From a virus: a DNA stretch of 64,000 nt. The stretch lies in the IMG/VR virus record IMGVR_UViG_3300043409_002042, positions 1 through 64,000 of that record; one strand, 5' to 3'. This document shows positions 48,101-56,717 of the stretch, piece after piece. Under the pieces are notes generated by a model, which was not told where the DNA came from, made no database searches, and worked only from the letters and a program-made list of their open reading frames with translations. A program made the position numbers and the translations under genes. Position 1 is the stretch's first letter; the number at the start of each line of letters is the position of its first letter.

Positions 48101-49974
48101 GTACAACCGAGGCCCGCCGGGTCAAGATGATGGCGTTCATCAAGCAGTTGCAGGAAATGAAGCCGGGTAAAACGGCTAAGTCGGCGGCAAAGAAAGTGTC
48201 GCCACCGCCCCCCGCTTTCGTCGACGGCGTGCAGTCCATGGACACCTGGACGCAAACCGGCCCGCAGGCTGGCAGCAACCCGGGCGGCAAGTTCCGGGAT
48301 CCTGACGGTCAGGAGTGGTACTGCAAGTTCCCAGCGGATGCCGACACGGCCAAGTCTGAGGTGTTGGCGGCCAAGCTGTACGGTCTGGCTGGTCTGGCTG
48401 GGCAGGACGCCAAGCTGGTAAACAAGGGTGGCAAGATCGGTATTGCGAGCCGCTGGCAGGATGTGTCGAAGGCGTCCAGCGCGAAGGCTTTGACCAAGGT
48501 GCCGGGGGTGATTGATGGGTTTGCCACCGATGCTTGGCTGGGCAACTGGGACGTGGTCGGCATGGGCATGGATAATCTGCAGATCGGGGGCGATGGCAAG
48601 GCTGTGCGTGTGGATGCCGGCGGCAGTCTGGAGTATCGGGCCCAGGGCGAGAAGAAGCCGTTTGGCTCCAAGGTGGAAGAGATCGACACGCTGCTGGATT
48701 CGGGGAAAAACGCGCATTCGGCGGCCGTGTTCTCGGGGATTACCAAGGCGGACATGACGGCCAGCGTGGCGCGCGTGCTGAAAATCAGCGACGTTGCCAT
48801 TCGCGCGATGGTGAACAGTTTCGGCCCTGGTGATGCAGATGCCAAGGCAAAGTTGGCCGACACGCTGATTGCCCGCAAGAAGGACCTTGCGAAGCGGTTT
48901 CCTGCCGCGGCGAAGGCCAAGAAGGCGGTTGTGTTCAAGCCGGAGAAGCTCAGCGAGCCTCCGTCGTTCCTGAATTGGGGTGGTTCTGGCAAGTCGGGCC
49001 CGTCGAGCAAGGAGTTTGTCAACAATGCAAACGATGACGCTGTGCAGGCGATCTTTGCGGCTGCGAAAACCGGGGACCTGAAAGCGATTGAAGGTTTGAA
49101 GTTGCCGGTGTTCGACAAGGACACGGGCCAGCAGACCGGGATGGTGGGTGCGCTGCAGCACCCCAGTCAGCACGTCAAGGGCTACGCGCAGCAGGCGATC
49201 AACGAGATCAACTACCAACTGAACCCACCCAAGCGGTTCAGGTTTGATGGCGGACACCCGTTGTCGGCGCTGAATGCTGCATTCCCTGCGCACGGCGGGG
49301 CGCAAAGCAGCGCGTGCGCGCAGAAGGTGGCAAAGTTCATCCTTCTTGGGGAGCCCGGTGTCGTCAAGTTGGCCGATGTTGGGTTGCCTGAGAAGATCAC
49401 GCATGCTGAGGGTGGGGGCGCGTTGTCGGCGTCAACTTATGCGGCGGCATCCAAGGCGGCATTCGCCAAGATGCCGGAAACGCAGAAGCAGGCGATCAAA
49501 GGTTACACGGGTAGTTCGTACCATGCGATGAATGGTTCGCTGTGGTCTGGTAACCCATCGGGTGCTGCCAAGGCTGCGGGCGAAGCCTTAAAAACGCTGG
49601 GCCATGACATTCAGCCCGGCACGGTTTTGTCTCGGAAGATCAGCCTTCACGGATCTGACCTTGAAGCGTTACTCAAGTCGCAGGGTAAGATTTTGCAGGA
49701 GCCTGCTATCATGTCAACGTCTATCCGCCCGTCGTCGTGGAGTGGCAACGTCCATCTCAAGATGCACGTCGGCCCTGGTGTGAAGGGTTTGTGGGTTGGG
49801 CATGGTTCTGCTGCGTCTGGTGGTGCAATGTCAAAGCACGCCGGTGAGGACGAGATGATTTTGCCGCCCGGTACCCGGTTGCTGATTCTTGGCTCAAGGA
49901 CTGGTGGTAAAGATGCGGACGGTTTTGGCGGCAGTACATCGCACGTTGTTGAGTGCGTAATCTTGCCAACGTGA
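45118..49974 (+). CDS. Large multidomain effector: ART-like + WGR + HipA/PI3K-like kinase + VIP2-like ADP-ribosyltransferase
   Basis: KLYRA..ESWS..QAEVVV; HSKSWSVSV..TEYGKIG..KTSSGY; GSNPGG..WYCKF..SEVLAAKLY..DAWLGNWD..RVDAGGSL; YTGSSY..MNG.L..LSR..MSTS..EDEMILPPGT. Confidence 0.8.
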   Translation: MNAPVPPRLVLFLKALPGAKIAHQSGYALYGGRWHKITPDKPAPKGAPVAAHPEAGGVHAGAKHFTDEQWAQLKLPPENVNAGSHNAAVDKLKQMSEAGHVTGILGAGYGVNTYGKKQAIIANQLLKLHGSQHQVVSGQKAGEHAAVQGTAGAALAHKDAVLQEAIDHLKADEKQSGMPAGEKAEDAALVSKLESAVAVQPVVTSVADQVMAAGLKVYTAANGDVYVGSAFSDNPKIFTDAQKADAVIAKLKDAGLVGLKSGAFVKVQAAAKAAEPAQPAKDAPKVSSSKDFSVGGVNFVAVKKQSPNGEYWIPSVKETGQEIPHQHYGSIKGMWSDLSQVAKIKGDKFAQSVGVQQPVGAAPGTLTADQLGKLQSIPWFKLKLPDSNTNAKSHNAALAKIEAMAFAGDVAGLQAFVAAKAGSKQTYAKKQALTAQTALAALEVSDGGQTGGAGTPPAAGTYEHNGSTKPIGLKDDASGTLSSAATGWLHGYQWGVDAPDGNVKNPLPSDAVLVELGTYVGKSPVKLYRAVSLDSNDDGKLIESWSRFEKYASDLVQSGAELGQKMKVISKVFDPSDIVVDTTKLPKKFHDANDSGTQAEVVVALGAFKAHMASVRGGGVAAAVPAPPGLPAGWGGAINGVATKPGPGGGIVDKNAAGLGWFAIAHDEGKAAALKGKFFPTQQAAIDALEGAVPVPVAPAPKPTRTTSQVFHNTTKGHSKSWSVSVSGSKLKTEYGKIGGTQQSTVKDLGTPDAAKAAMATLIKQKTSSGYVSKGAGVHVHGAAAAAETGPKDGDTKQGADGTLVFKDGHWHKQGKFELPKLTDLLAAEEAAGGAWDYEPSDPAFNGHPTLMMHAPGGSTVYIAKTDDGYQVGEFDADVNPVGLNDFGSLPDAVAHLKSGAHGGAVPPDSELAKFGDAGWTPGSVPTGWDAIQPPDFSDDKTKWGKVYSDAAVSLLAHMKAGGSLSEYVTAHKTGAKAGGFTVKINGFKLVMTPSTTEARRVKMMAFIKQLQEMKPGKTAKSAAKKVSPPPPAFVDGVQSMDTWTQTGPQAGSNPGGKFRDPDGQEWYCKFPADADTAKSEVLAAKLYGLAGLAGQDAKLVNKGGKIGIASRWQDVSKASSAKALTKVPGVIDGFATDAWLGNWDVVGMGMDNLQIGGDGKAVRVDAGGSLEYRAQGEKKPFGSKVEEIDTLLDSGKNAHSAAVFSGITKADMTASVARVLKISDVAIRAMVNSFGPGDADAKAKLADTLIARKKDLAKRFPAAAKAKKAVVFKPEKLSEPPSFLNWGGSGKSGPSSKEFVNNANDDAVQAIFAAAKTGDLKAIEGLKLPVFDKDTGQQTGMVGALQHPSQHVKGYAQQAINEINYQLNPPKRFRFDGGHPLSALNAAFPAHGGAQSSACAQKVAKFILLGEPGVVKLADVGLPEKITHAEGGGALSASTYAAASKAAFAKMPETQKQAIKGYTGSSYHAMNGSLWSGNPSGAAKAAGEALKTLGHDIQPGTVLSRKISLHGSDLEALLKSQGKILQEPAIMSTSIRPSSWSGNVHLKMHVGPGVKGLWVGHGSAASGGAMSKHAGEDEMILPPGTRLLILGSRTGGKDADGFGGSTSHVVECVILPT

Positions 49975-49986
49975 TGGGGGATTCCA

Positions 49987-50481
49987 ATGACTGAAAAACT
50001 AGACCGCCACACGGACCCCTCGGGTCTGGTGGCTTCGCTGGGCGAGGCAGGTGGGCCTCAGTTCCTGGGGGACACTGCTGTTGTCGAGCGCCTGGTGCGC
50101 CAGTTTGTGGCCGACGTGGTCACACGCTACGACGAGGTGGGGCATGGCGTGCTGACGCCGAACGATGCGGCGAATGCGGACCGTGAGGCTTGTTTCCGTA
50201 TGGCGCATGTGTTCTCGGGCCTGGATCCGGCCTACACCGCCATGCGCGGCTGGACAGGGGCTGGGCTTGCGGCGCACCTGCGCAACTCGATGGCCGCCGA
50301 GCTGGCCGAGTCCGATGATGATGCCAATGTGATCGCCCAGGCGTTTGCCGTGCTGGTGCATGCGGTCTACGACGCCCTGCGCGTGTCGGCCACGGCCAAC
50401 GAGGCTTCGGTGATGCAGACCGTTGAGCGCGCCGTGCAGTCGCTGTCGCGGTCCCTTGTGGGGGTGGTGGGCAATGACTGA
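49987..50481 (+). CDS. Helical acidic hypothetical protein (candidate immunity/chaperone)
   Basis: Directly downstream of the ART C-terminus. Confidence 0.6.
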   Translation: MTEKLDRHTDPSGLVASLGEAGGPQFLGDTAVVERLVRQFVADVVTRYDEVGHGVLTPNDAANADREACFRMAHVFSGLDPAYTAMRGWTGAGLAAHLRNSMAAELAESDDDANVIAQAFAVLVHAVYDALRVSATANEASVMQTVERAVQSLSRSLVGVVGND

Positions 50482-51442
50482 ACCACGGATGCCCGAGGTT
50501 GGACAGAAAATTGAGTTCCTGTCCGATGCCATGACCGACAAGGGCCCGGCCACGGGTTCGGTGTCTCGCGTGAAGCCCACCGTGGACGGCTACTACATCA
50601 CCGTCGATTTCGGCGACAGCCAGGAGTCGTTCTCTTGGGACGACATGCGCGAGCAAGGTGCCGATGTGCGCGGCGACTTGTGGCTAATCAAGGCCCACGT
50701 CCGGGGCCACATGCGCGGCTCGGATTACGTCTGCCCGTATGAGCGCGGCACCGGTGGGCATCCGCCAACGCCTGCGCACCACCCGCAGCGCAACGACGAC
50801 GGCAAGCCTGTTTTGATCACGCACCCCAGCCACCCGTCGGCCCCCAGCACCTGGGACATCCCGGATGCCGTGGCAACGTTTGTGCCGGGTGGTGACTGCC
50901 CGGCGCGGCTCAATGGCGTGTCGTTCACCGCTTGGCGCGACCACCCGACCACGGCGGAAGGCTGGGATTACGTGGACGGTGTGGATGATGACCTCGCTGA
51001 GCCGCCGTTCCAGGTCAAGCCCGGGAAGTCGATCGGCGCGGGCGTGGTGATTGAGGAGCCGGATGGCCGTGTGTGGCTTTGCGCGCCATCCAACCAGTTT
51101 GGTGGCTACCGGGCCACGTGGCCCAAGGGAACGGTGGAGGACGGGATGTCGTTCCAGGCGTCGGCAATTCGGGAGGCGTTTGAGGAGACTGGCCTCAAGG
51201 TGAAGATCACCGGGCACCTTGGAGACTTTGAGCGCACCACGTCGGTGGCCAGGATGTACCGCGCCGTCCGTGTTGGCGGGACGCCTGTGGCTTGCGGCTG
51301 GGAAAGTCAGGCCGTGCATCTGGTGCCGCGTTCGATGCTGTACGAGCACTTGAATGGCTCGGCTGATCACCCGATCGCCGAGAAGATCGGCGCTGGACCT
51401 GCGCCGAAGCAACCCGAGAAGCAAAAAAGCAGCTTATTTTGA
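50474..51442 (+). CDS. Nudix hydrolase with N-terminal extension
   Basis: Nudix box WPKGTVEDGMSFQASAIREAFEETGL. Confidence 0.9.
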   Translation: MTEPRMPEVGQKIEFLSDAMTDKGPATGSVSRVKPTVDGYYITVDFGDSQESFSWDDMREQGADVRGDLWLIKAHVRGHMRGSDYVCPYERGTGGHPPTPAHHPQRNDDGKPVLITHPSHPSAPSTWDIPDAVATFVPGGDCPARLNGVSFTAWRDHPTTAEGWDYVDGVDDDLAEPPFQVKPGKSIGAGVVIEEPDGRVWLCAPSNQFGGYRATWPKGTVEDGMSFQASAIREAFEETGLKVKITGHLGDFERTTSVARMYRAVRVGGTPVACGWESQAVHLVPRSMLYEHLNGSADHPIAEKIGAGPAPKQPEKQKSSLF

Positions 51443-51476
51443 GGGGCTGCAAAATTTTTGATGTATAATTCGCCGC

Positions 51477-51851
51477 ATGCCGGATTTCCCGGTTTTTCAA
51501 AGGATTGATATGTGGTGCTGCTTTAATACGTCTTTTTTGTCTATTGTTCACAAACAATGTCAGCCTGACGAGTTGCTTGTTCGAGCTCGAGTTGCTGGGC
51601 ATATTGAGGCGGTTTTCCCGCAAGCCAAGGTGACCGAGTCTTTTGGTACCGACTACCGCTACCGAGCTGCGCTCAAGCGCGACGAGGTTGCCGCAGCCAT
51701 GGTGTCGGCAGTCATGGGGTTGGAGTACTCAAACTTCAAAGACTCGGTTGAAAACGGTCGCTTGCACGACGCCTACTCTCGCGTCTGGCACGAAATGGGC
51801 CGTTTGCAGCCTGGTGGGCCGTACTCGCGTGGTGTTGCGCGGTTGTCGTGA
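51477..51851 (+). CDS. Hypothetical protein (start 51477 or 51510)
   Basis: MWCCFNTSFLSIV..LLVRAR..TDYRYRA..YSNFK; own TATAAT at 51464-51469. Confidence 0.65.
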   Translation: MPDFPVFQRIDMWCCFNTSFLSIVHKQCQPDELLVRARVAGHIEAVFPQAKVTESFGTDYRYRAALKRDEVAAAMVSAVMGLEYSNFKDSVENGRLHDAYSRVWHEMGRLQPGGPYSRGVARLS

Positions 51852-51860
51852 TGCCAGAAT
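51845..51860 (+). promoter_or_regulatory. Late-promoter box GTCGTGA-tgc-CAGAAT
   Basis: Recurrent motif; followed by AGGAG RBS and ATG 51881. Confidence 0.75.
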
Positions 51861-51880
51861 GTCTGAATTCAGGAGTTGCC

Positions 51881-53605
51881 ATGTCGAAAATCCCCGCCGT
51901 TTTTGTTTCCACTGATTTGGTCAAGGCCCATGTTGCGGGGTATACGCGCAAAGATGGGATTGTTGTGAAAGAGCACGATGACAAGAGGGCTGCTGCCGGG
52001 TCCAAACCCACCGGTGCCTCCGCACCCAAAGCCGTGACAAAAAATGAGGGCTACGGATTTCACGGGGAGGCAAGCCGTGAGTTCTTGAGTCGTCGTCATG
52101 GCGCCGACGATTACTACGGAAAATCCACCGAGAAAGATTGGAAGGATGCCCATTCTCATGCGGACACGAAGCTCCACGAGGCTGCTGATCATTTGGTGAG
52201 TGCTGGTCACTTTGAGAACCACCAGCAAGCCGGAGATTACTTGGACTCAACGCACGGGCGGCACTTGCACGATGGCGCTTCGTTTCATGACGGGGATGTG
52301 TCAAAGGTGCCTTGGCTGGGGCGCGATGTGAAGGCGTACAAAAAGAAGGCGGACATGCCGATGACAAAGTCTCTGGTTCTCGTGACCGGTGATCTTGCCA
52401 AGGCCCATGTGGATTCGTACACCCGCAAGGACGGCGTCGTGGTGCAGGCGCATGACGATAAGCGGGCGGCTGCGCAGGCGAAGCCGATGACCGGCGTAAA
52501 TCGCCGCGCTGTAAAGAATTTGAAGGAATATCACAAGGCTGACGCAAAATGGCTGAAAAGCTCTTTAGCCTCAGCCCTCTCCGTGGGCGACACCGAAACG
52601 GAGCATGGAAAACCCATGACGTATGGGGATGTGAAATCTCACATGCACACCATGCGATCGCAGCTTGGTGGTGATGCTTCTCATGCCCAGCACTTGGAGC
52701 ATGCGCAGTACGCCTTGAATCAATCCATGGGCGGCGATAGCGCTCCATTGTCTGAAAAGCATGCAAAGCTGATCGGCGCAGCGCTTTCCGGAAAAACAAA
52801 AATGGACGAGGATGGAATGGTGCGGCATGCAGCCGTGTCCGGTGGCGCCGACAAGCCCACCGCTGGCGCGCCCAGGGCCTCTCAGAAGAAGTTTCAGGTT
52901 CGCGACAACGCTGGCAATGTTCACAAAGTTTTTCACGGCGAGAATGCGGAGTATGAGGCCGGCAATCACGCGCGCGAAATGAATAAAAAGGGTGGTCGGT
53001 ACAGCGTGCGCAACGTGACACCGGTAGGTGAGCCTGCTGGGTCTGGTGGCGCCGCCAAGCCCGCCGCCGAGTTCGGCGTGCATCACTCTAAGCTGAAGGT
53101 GGGTGACCACCTCTACGACAAAAACGGCCAGAAGGTGGATGAGGTAGATGGCTTCTCTCGCGGCATCAACAGCCAGAGGGTACACACTCGCTCTGGCTAC
53201 ACACATGGCACGCGCAGCGATGGGTTTTTGCCCGGCCTATCAAACAAGAAGCCATCCGCCCCAAAGGCTGCGAAGCCGACCGGCTCTGCAGCACCCGCAA
53301 AAATGATGAATGTCGGAACTGAAAAGTGGCCTCAGATGGCCAAGACCAGCGAAAAGCTATCCAGCAAAAACAACGATGGATTCACTCACCACGTGGGTGG
53401 GTTCAAAGCTCCTGACCGGGACGAGCACAGAAATCTTGTTCGTGGAAGCGATCACTTAATTCACCACGAAGGAAAGCTGTTCGGCTTCACGGGAAAGAGT
53501 GGCAAGAACATGAAAACCGGCGAGGATTCGTTCGAATATTCGGCCGGAGATCATCAAGAGCACCGAGCATGGGTTACTCGCTCTGGTCATCTGATGAACG
53601 ACTGA
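51881..53605 (+). CDS. Lys/His-rich modular protein, putative internal head protein
   Basis: Two copies of DLxKAHVxxYTRKDGxVVxxHDDKRAAA; Ala/Pro/Lys linkers. Confidence 0.65.
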   Translation: MSKIPAVFVSTDLVKAHVAGYTRKDGIVVKEHDDKRAAAGSKPTGASAPKAVTKNEGYGFHGEASREFLSRRHGADDYYGKSTEKDWKDAHSHADTKLHEAADHLVSAGHFENHQQAGDYLDSTHGRHLHDGASFHDGDVSKVPWLGRDVKAYKKKADMPMTKSLVLVTGDLAKAHVDSYTRKDGVVVQAHDDKRAAAQAKPMTGVNRRAVKNLKEYHKADAKWLKSSLASALSVGDTETEHGKPMTYGDVKSHMHTMRSQLGGDASHAQHLEHAQYALNQSMGGDSAPLSEKHAKLIGAALSGKTKMDEDGMVRHAAVSGGADKPTAGAPRASQKKFQVRDNAGNVHKVFHGENAEYEAGNHAREMNKKGGRYSVRNVTPVGEPAGSGGAAKPAAEFGVHHSKLKVGDHLYDKNGQKVDEVDGFSRGINSQRVHTRSGYTHGTRSDGFLPGLSNKKPSAPKAAKPTGSAAPAKMMNVGTEKWPQMAKTSEKLSSKNNDGFTHHVGGFKAPDRDEHRNLVRGSDHLIHHEGKLFGFTGKSGKNMKTGEDSFEYSAGDHQEHRAWVTRSGHLMND

Positions 53606-53627
53606 TCTTCTCCTGTTTTTTAAGTAC

Positions 53628-53648
53628 AGCCCGCCCCGTGCGGGCTTT
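53628..53648 (+). terminator. Terminator-like hairpin
   Basis: AGCCCGC-cccgt-GCGGGCT-TT; short U tract. Confidence 0.5.
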
Positions 53649-53659
53649 ATCATTACGGC

Positions 53660-56260
53660 ATGTCAAACACCAACCAGATAAAAATCAGCTTGCCGCGCCT
53701 GCATGATGCCCAGCAGGCGTGTTTGGCTGGTGCTCGGCGGTACAACGTGGTTGTCGCTGGTGAGGATGCGGGGAAAACGGTTCTTGGGATAGAGGTCTTG
53801 TTGACCAGCCCCAAGGGGGCACTGAACAGCCGGCGGCCGGTGGCCTACATCCATCCGACTGATGCTGGCGCCGATGAGGCGCGCCGTCAGGTGGTGCGCT
53901 GCCTGGGGCAGCTGATCAAACGGCGGGTCAATGCCCGCAGGATTGAGTTGACCACCGGAGGTCTGATCGACTTCATTTCGCTCGAGCAGAGTACCGATGT
54001 GTTTGAGCAGTACGGCCTGATCGTGGTCGATGACGCATGGCAGATTGATGGACTGCTGAGGCTTTGGGAAGATGACCTGTCCACCTGCCTCAACCAGTAC
54101 ACCGGCACGGCCTGGGTGCTCTCTGGTGCCTACGGGCGGCGCAACGACTTTTACCGGATCTGGCAGTTGGCCGAGGAAGGCCACCACCGGCTGTGGTCAA
54201 GCCACCGGATGGACAGCTTTTCCAACCCGCATCTGCCTGAGCAGACCCGGGATGCCGCGATGGATGTCACTGCCGTGGAGTACCAGCAGCGGTTTGCCGC
54301 CGAGTTCCTGGATGTTGCCGTTGAGTTTTCTGCTGAGCAGCGCCTGGTGCTGCCCGGCGAGACGTTTGTGCAGTGGTGCGAGCGGCTTGAGGAGACTGGG
54401 CTCAAGGTGGATGGTCACCCCTTCACTTTGTCCAACCGCTCCGCAATGCGGTTCATTTACGAGCTGATCCCGTCCAGTGTTGATGATGCCTTTGGTCACA
54501 TTGATGTCATTATGAAATGCACGCAGGTGGGCTTTACCGTGTTTGAAATGCTGGCGATGGTCTACTTGGCGCTCAAGTTTGCGCCGGCCAAGATCGGCAT
54601 GTTCATGCCGTCGCAGATGCTTGCGTCGGGTAAGTCCAGTGAGCGTTTTCTGCCGATATTGCGCACCATCCCGGATGTGTACGCCCTGATCACGGACGAC
54701 AAGAAGCCCGGCAAGAAGGGCGAGGGTAACGTGCTGATCCGAAACCTGGGCAGCAGCCGTTTTCACTTCCTGTGGACCACTGGTAAAACCGCGACCGAGT
54801 CGTTTCCTATGGACGTCGTCAGCTTCGACGAGGTGCAGGAGATGGCGATCGCGGACATGGAAAAGACCCGCGAGCGTATGTCGGCGTCGGCGCTGCGCTA
54901 CACCCTGATGGGCTCCACTGCCAACTGGCCGGATTCGGACATCCACTGGTGGTACAAGCGCGGCACTCAGCACCAGTTCCACACCGAGTGCCCGCACTGC
55001 GGCACCCACCAGGTGCTGGACGAGCATTTCCCGGAGTGCATTGGCTACGACGAGGATTCGCGCGATTACCGGTACCGCTGCCACGAGTGCCACGGCTGGA
55101 TTGACGACCCGCAGCGTGGAGAGTGGCGGGCGAAGAACCCCGATGCGCGGATCCGCAGTGTGCACTTTCCGCAGTTTCTGTCGCCGACGATCTCGCCGCG
55201 AGAGATCATTGAGGCCTACCACCAGGCCGACGACATGAAGAACTTCTACAACCGGAAGCTCGGCAAGCCATATACCGACCCGTCTCAGGTGCCCGTGAAC
55301 CTGGAAATGCTGAACGAGTGCGCCAAGCTGGGCATGGAGGCGGGCCTGGTGTGGAAGTCTCGGGCGCAGGGTGCGTTCATGGGGCTGGACCAGATGGGCA
55401 GCTTTATTGTGGCCATACTGGCCGAGCGGATGCGCGACGGCCGGATGGCGATTGTGCATGTGGAGTACATCTTTCGGGCGCCAACAAAGGACGACCCTGA
55501 CGCCAGCCCCTGGGACCGCGCCGATGAGCTGATGGCAGCCTTTGGTGTGCAGTGCTGCGTGGTGGAGACGCTGCCAAACTACGACTCGGCGAAGTCGTTT
55601 GCGCGCCGGCACCACGGGAAGGTGTTTCTCGCGCAGTACAAAAAGATCGACGACGACATGCTGGCCTGGGGCGACACGCTGAAACTGAACTCGAGCGAAA
55701 ACCGCACGGATGAGGACATGCGCGACCGGTTCACGGTTTCGCTCGATCAGTACAAGGTCATGCAGATGGCCTTGGCGCGGATTCAGAAGCGCATGACGCT
55801 GTTCCCGGACCCCGACGGCCTGGTGCAGGAGGTGCTGGAAAAGGGTAAGCGCCGGATGTCGGCTGTTTGCAAGGAATACGCTTTCTTCCACTTCACGCGC
55901 ACGGCGCTGGTCGCCGAGAAGGACGACGAGCAGAAGGTTTTCAAGCGGCGCGTGGTGAAGGTTGGTATCGATCCACACACATCGTATGCCTACATGCTTT
56001 TGGTGGTAGCCTGGTCGCGCGCTCACGGTACCAGCATGTTCATCTTGCCAGATGCCGACAAGCCTGTGGGTTCGCCGGCGGCCAAGGCTGTTGTGGGGCA
56101 GATGGGGCAGTCGATCATGAGCCAGCTGGAGACCTTGGAGTCGAACGTCTGCGGCCGCTGCGCATTCCGAGACGAAGCCAGTGGCCGGTGCTCGGAAATG
56201 GAGGCGTTCACCCAGGAGAAAGACCCGGGGTGTTATGCTTTTAGCTCGGCTGGGGGGTGA
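53660..56260 (+). CDS. terL: Terminase large subunit (GpA-like) with extra N-terminal ATPase-like domain
   Basis: MKCTQVGFT, VSFDEVQEM, GST, CPHCG..YRCHEC, FYNRKLGKPY, FMGLDQ, DPH. Confidence 0.88.
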   Translation: MSNTNQIKISLPRLHDAQQACLAGARRYNVVVAGEDAGKTVLGIEVLLTSPKGALNSRRPVAYIHPTDAGADEARRQVVRCLGQLIKRRVNARRIELTTGGLIDFISLEQSTDVFEQYGLIVVDDAWQIDGLLRLWEDDLSTCLNQYTGTAWVLSGAYGRRNDFYRIWQLAEEGHHRLWSSHRMDSFSNPHLPEQTRDAAMDVTAVEYQQRFAAEFLDVAVEFSAEQRLVLPGETFVQWCERLEETGLKVDGHPFTLSNRSAMRFIYELIPSSVDDAFGHIDVIMKCTQVGFTVFEMLAMVYLALKFAPAKIGMFMPSQMLASGKSSERFLPILRTIPDVYALITDDKKPGKKGEGNVLIRNLGSSRFHFLWTTGKTATESFPMDVVSFDEVQEMAIADMEKTRERMSASALRYTLMGSTANWPDSDIHWWYKRGTQHQFHTECPHCGTHQVLDEHFPECIGYDEDSRDYRYRCHECHGWIDDPQRGEWRAKNPDARIRSVHFPQFLSPTISPREIIEAYHQADDMKNFYNRKLGKPYTDPSQVPVNLEMLNECAKLGMEAGLVWKSRAQGAFMGLDQMGSFIVAILAERMRDGRMAIVHVEYIFRAPTKDDPDASPWDRADELMAAFGVQCCVVETLPNYDSAKSFARRHHGKVFLAQYKKIDDDMLAWGDTLKLNSSENRTDEDMRDRFTVSLDQYKVMQMALARIQKRMTLFPDPDGLVQEVLEKGKRRMSAVCKEYAFFHFTRTALVAEKDDEQKVFKRRVVKVGIDPHTSYAYMLLVVAWSRAHGTSMFILPDADKPVGSPAAKAVVGQMGQSIMSQLETLESNVCGRCAFRDEASGRCSEMEAFTQEKDPGCYAFSSAGG

Positions 56261-56717
56261 GGTTCTTGCGTCTCTCGTTGCTCTCAGTTGCGAGGGCTTT
56301 ACGGATGCTGTTTTCAAACGTGCGAAGGTCCACCGCTGTGCGCTGGGCTTCGGCGTAGTCGTAAATCTCGCGGAAAGCCTGGAGCTGCTGGCCTGTGACG
56401 CCCCATTTTTGCGTGCGCTGGTGGCGCTCGAGGACTGACTGCAGGGCCTCTTTGCAGGCTTGGCATGCTGGCAGCGCCTCGGGTCCGATGCCGCTTGTCG
56501 CCATGGCCTCGCAGATTCGGCGCATGCCGTCGATGTTGTTCCAGTCCGCCTGCGTGGCGCCACCCGTCTGGAACGCCTGGATGGAGGTAAGTTCAATCAA
56601 GCGCAGCTTGTCGAGCTTTTGGTTTGAGGTGATGGAAGCCCCCTCAATGGCAAATCTGATAGGGTCCACCAGCTTGTAAACGCGGCGGCGGCGTGGGGGT
56701 TTGGAGCGGCCGGACAT
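56241..56717 (-). CDS. Phage hypothetical protein
   Basis: TAATG-coupled to dut; helical. Confidence 0.65.
   Translation of the reverse strand: MSGRSKPPRRRRVYKLVDPIRFAIEGASITSNQKLDKLRLIELTSIQAFQTGGATQADWNNIDGMRRICEAMATSGIGPEALPACQACKEALQSVLERHQRTQKWGVTGQQLQAFREIYDYAEAQRTAVDLRTFENSIRKALATESNERRKNLTPQPS

Noticed and set aside
53638-53660. Late box before terL
   Set aside because: TATCAT lies 6 nt before the ATG but the GTCGTGA heptamer is absent, so it was not counted
54197-56596. 799-aa minus-strand ORF (similarly 47572-49404, 41123-42832, 23086-24468)
   Set aside because: Antisense shadows of well-supported genes in GC-rich DNA; Arg/Ala/His-rich with no motifs
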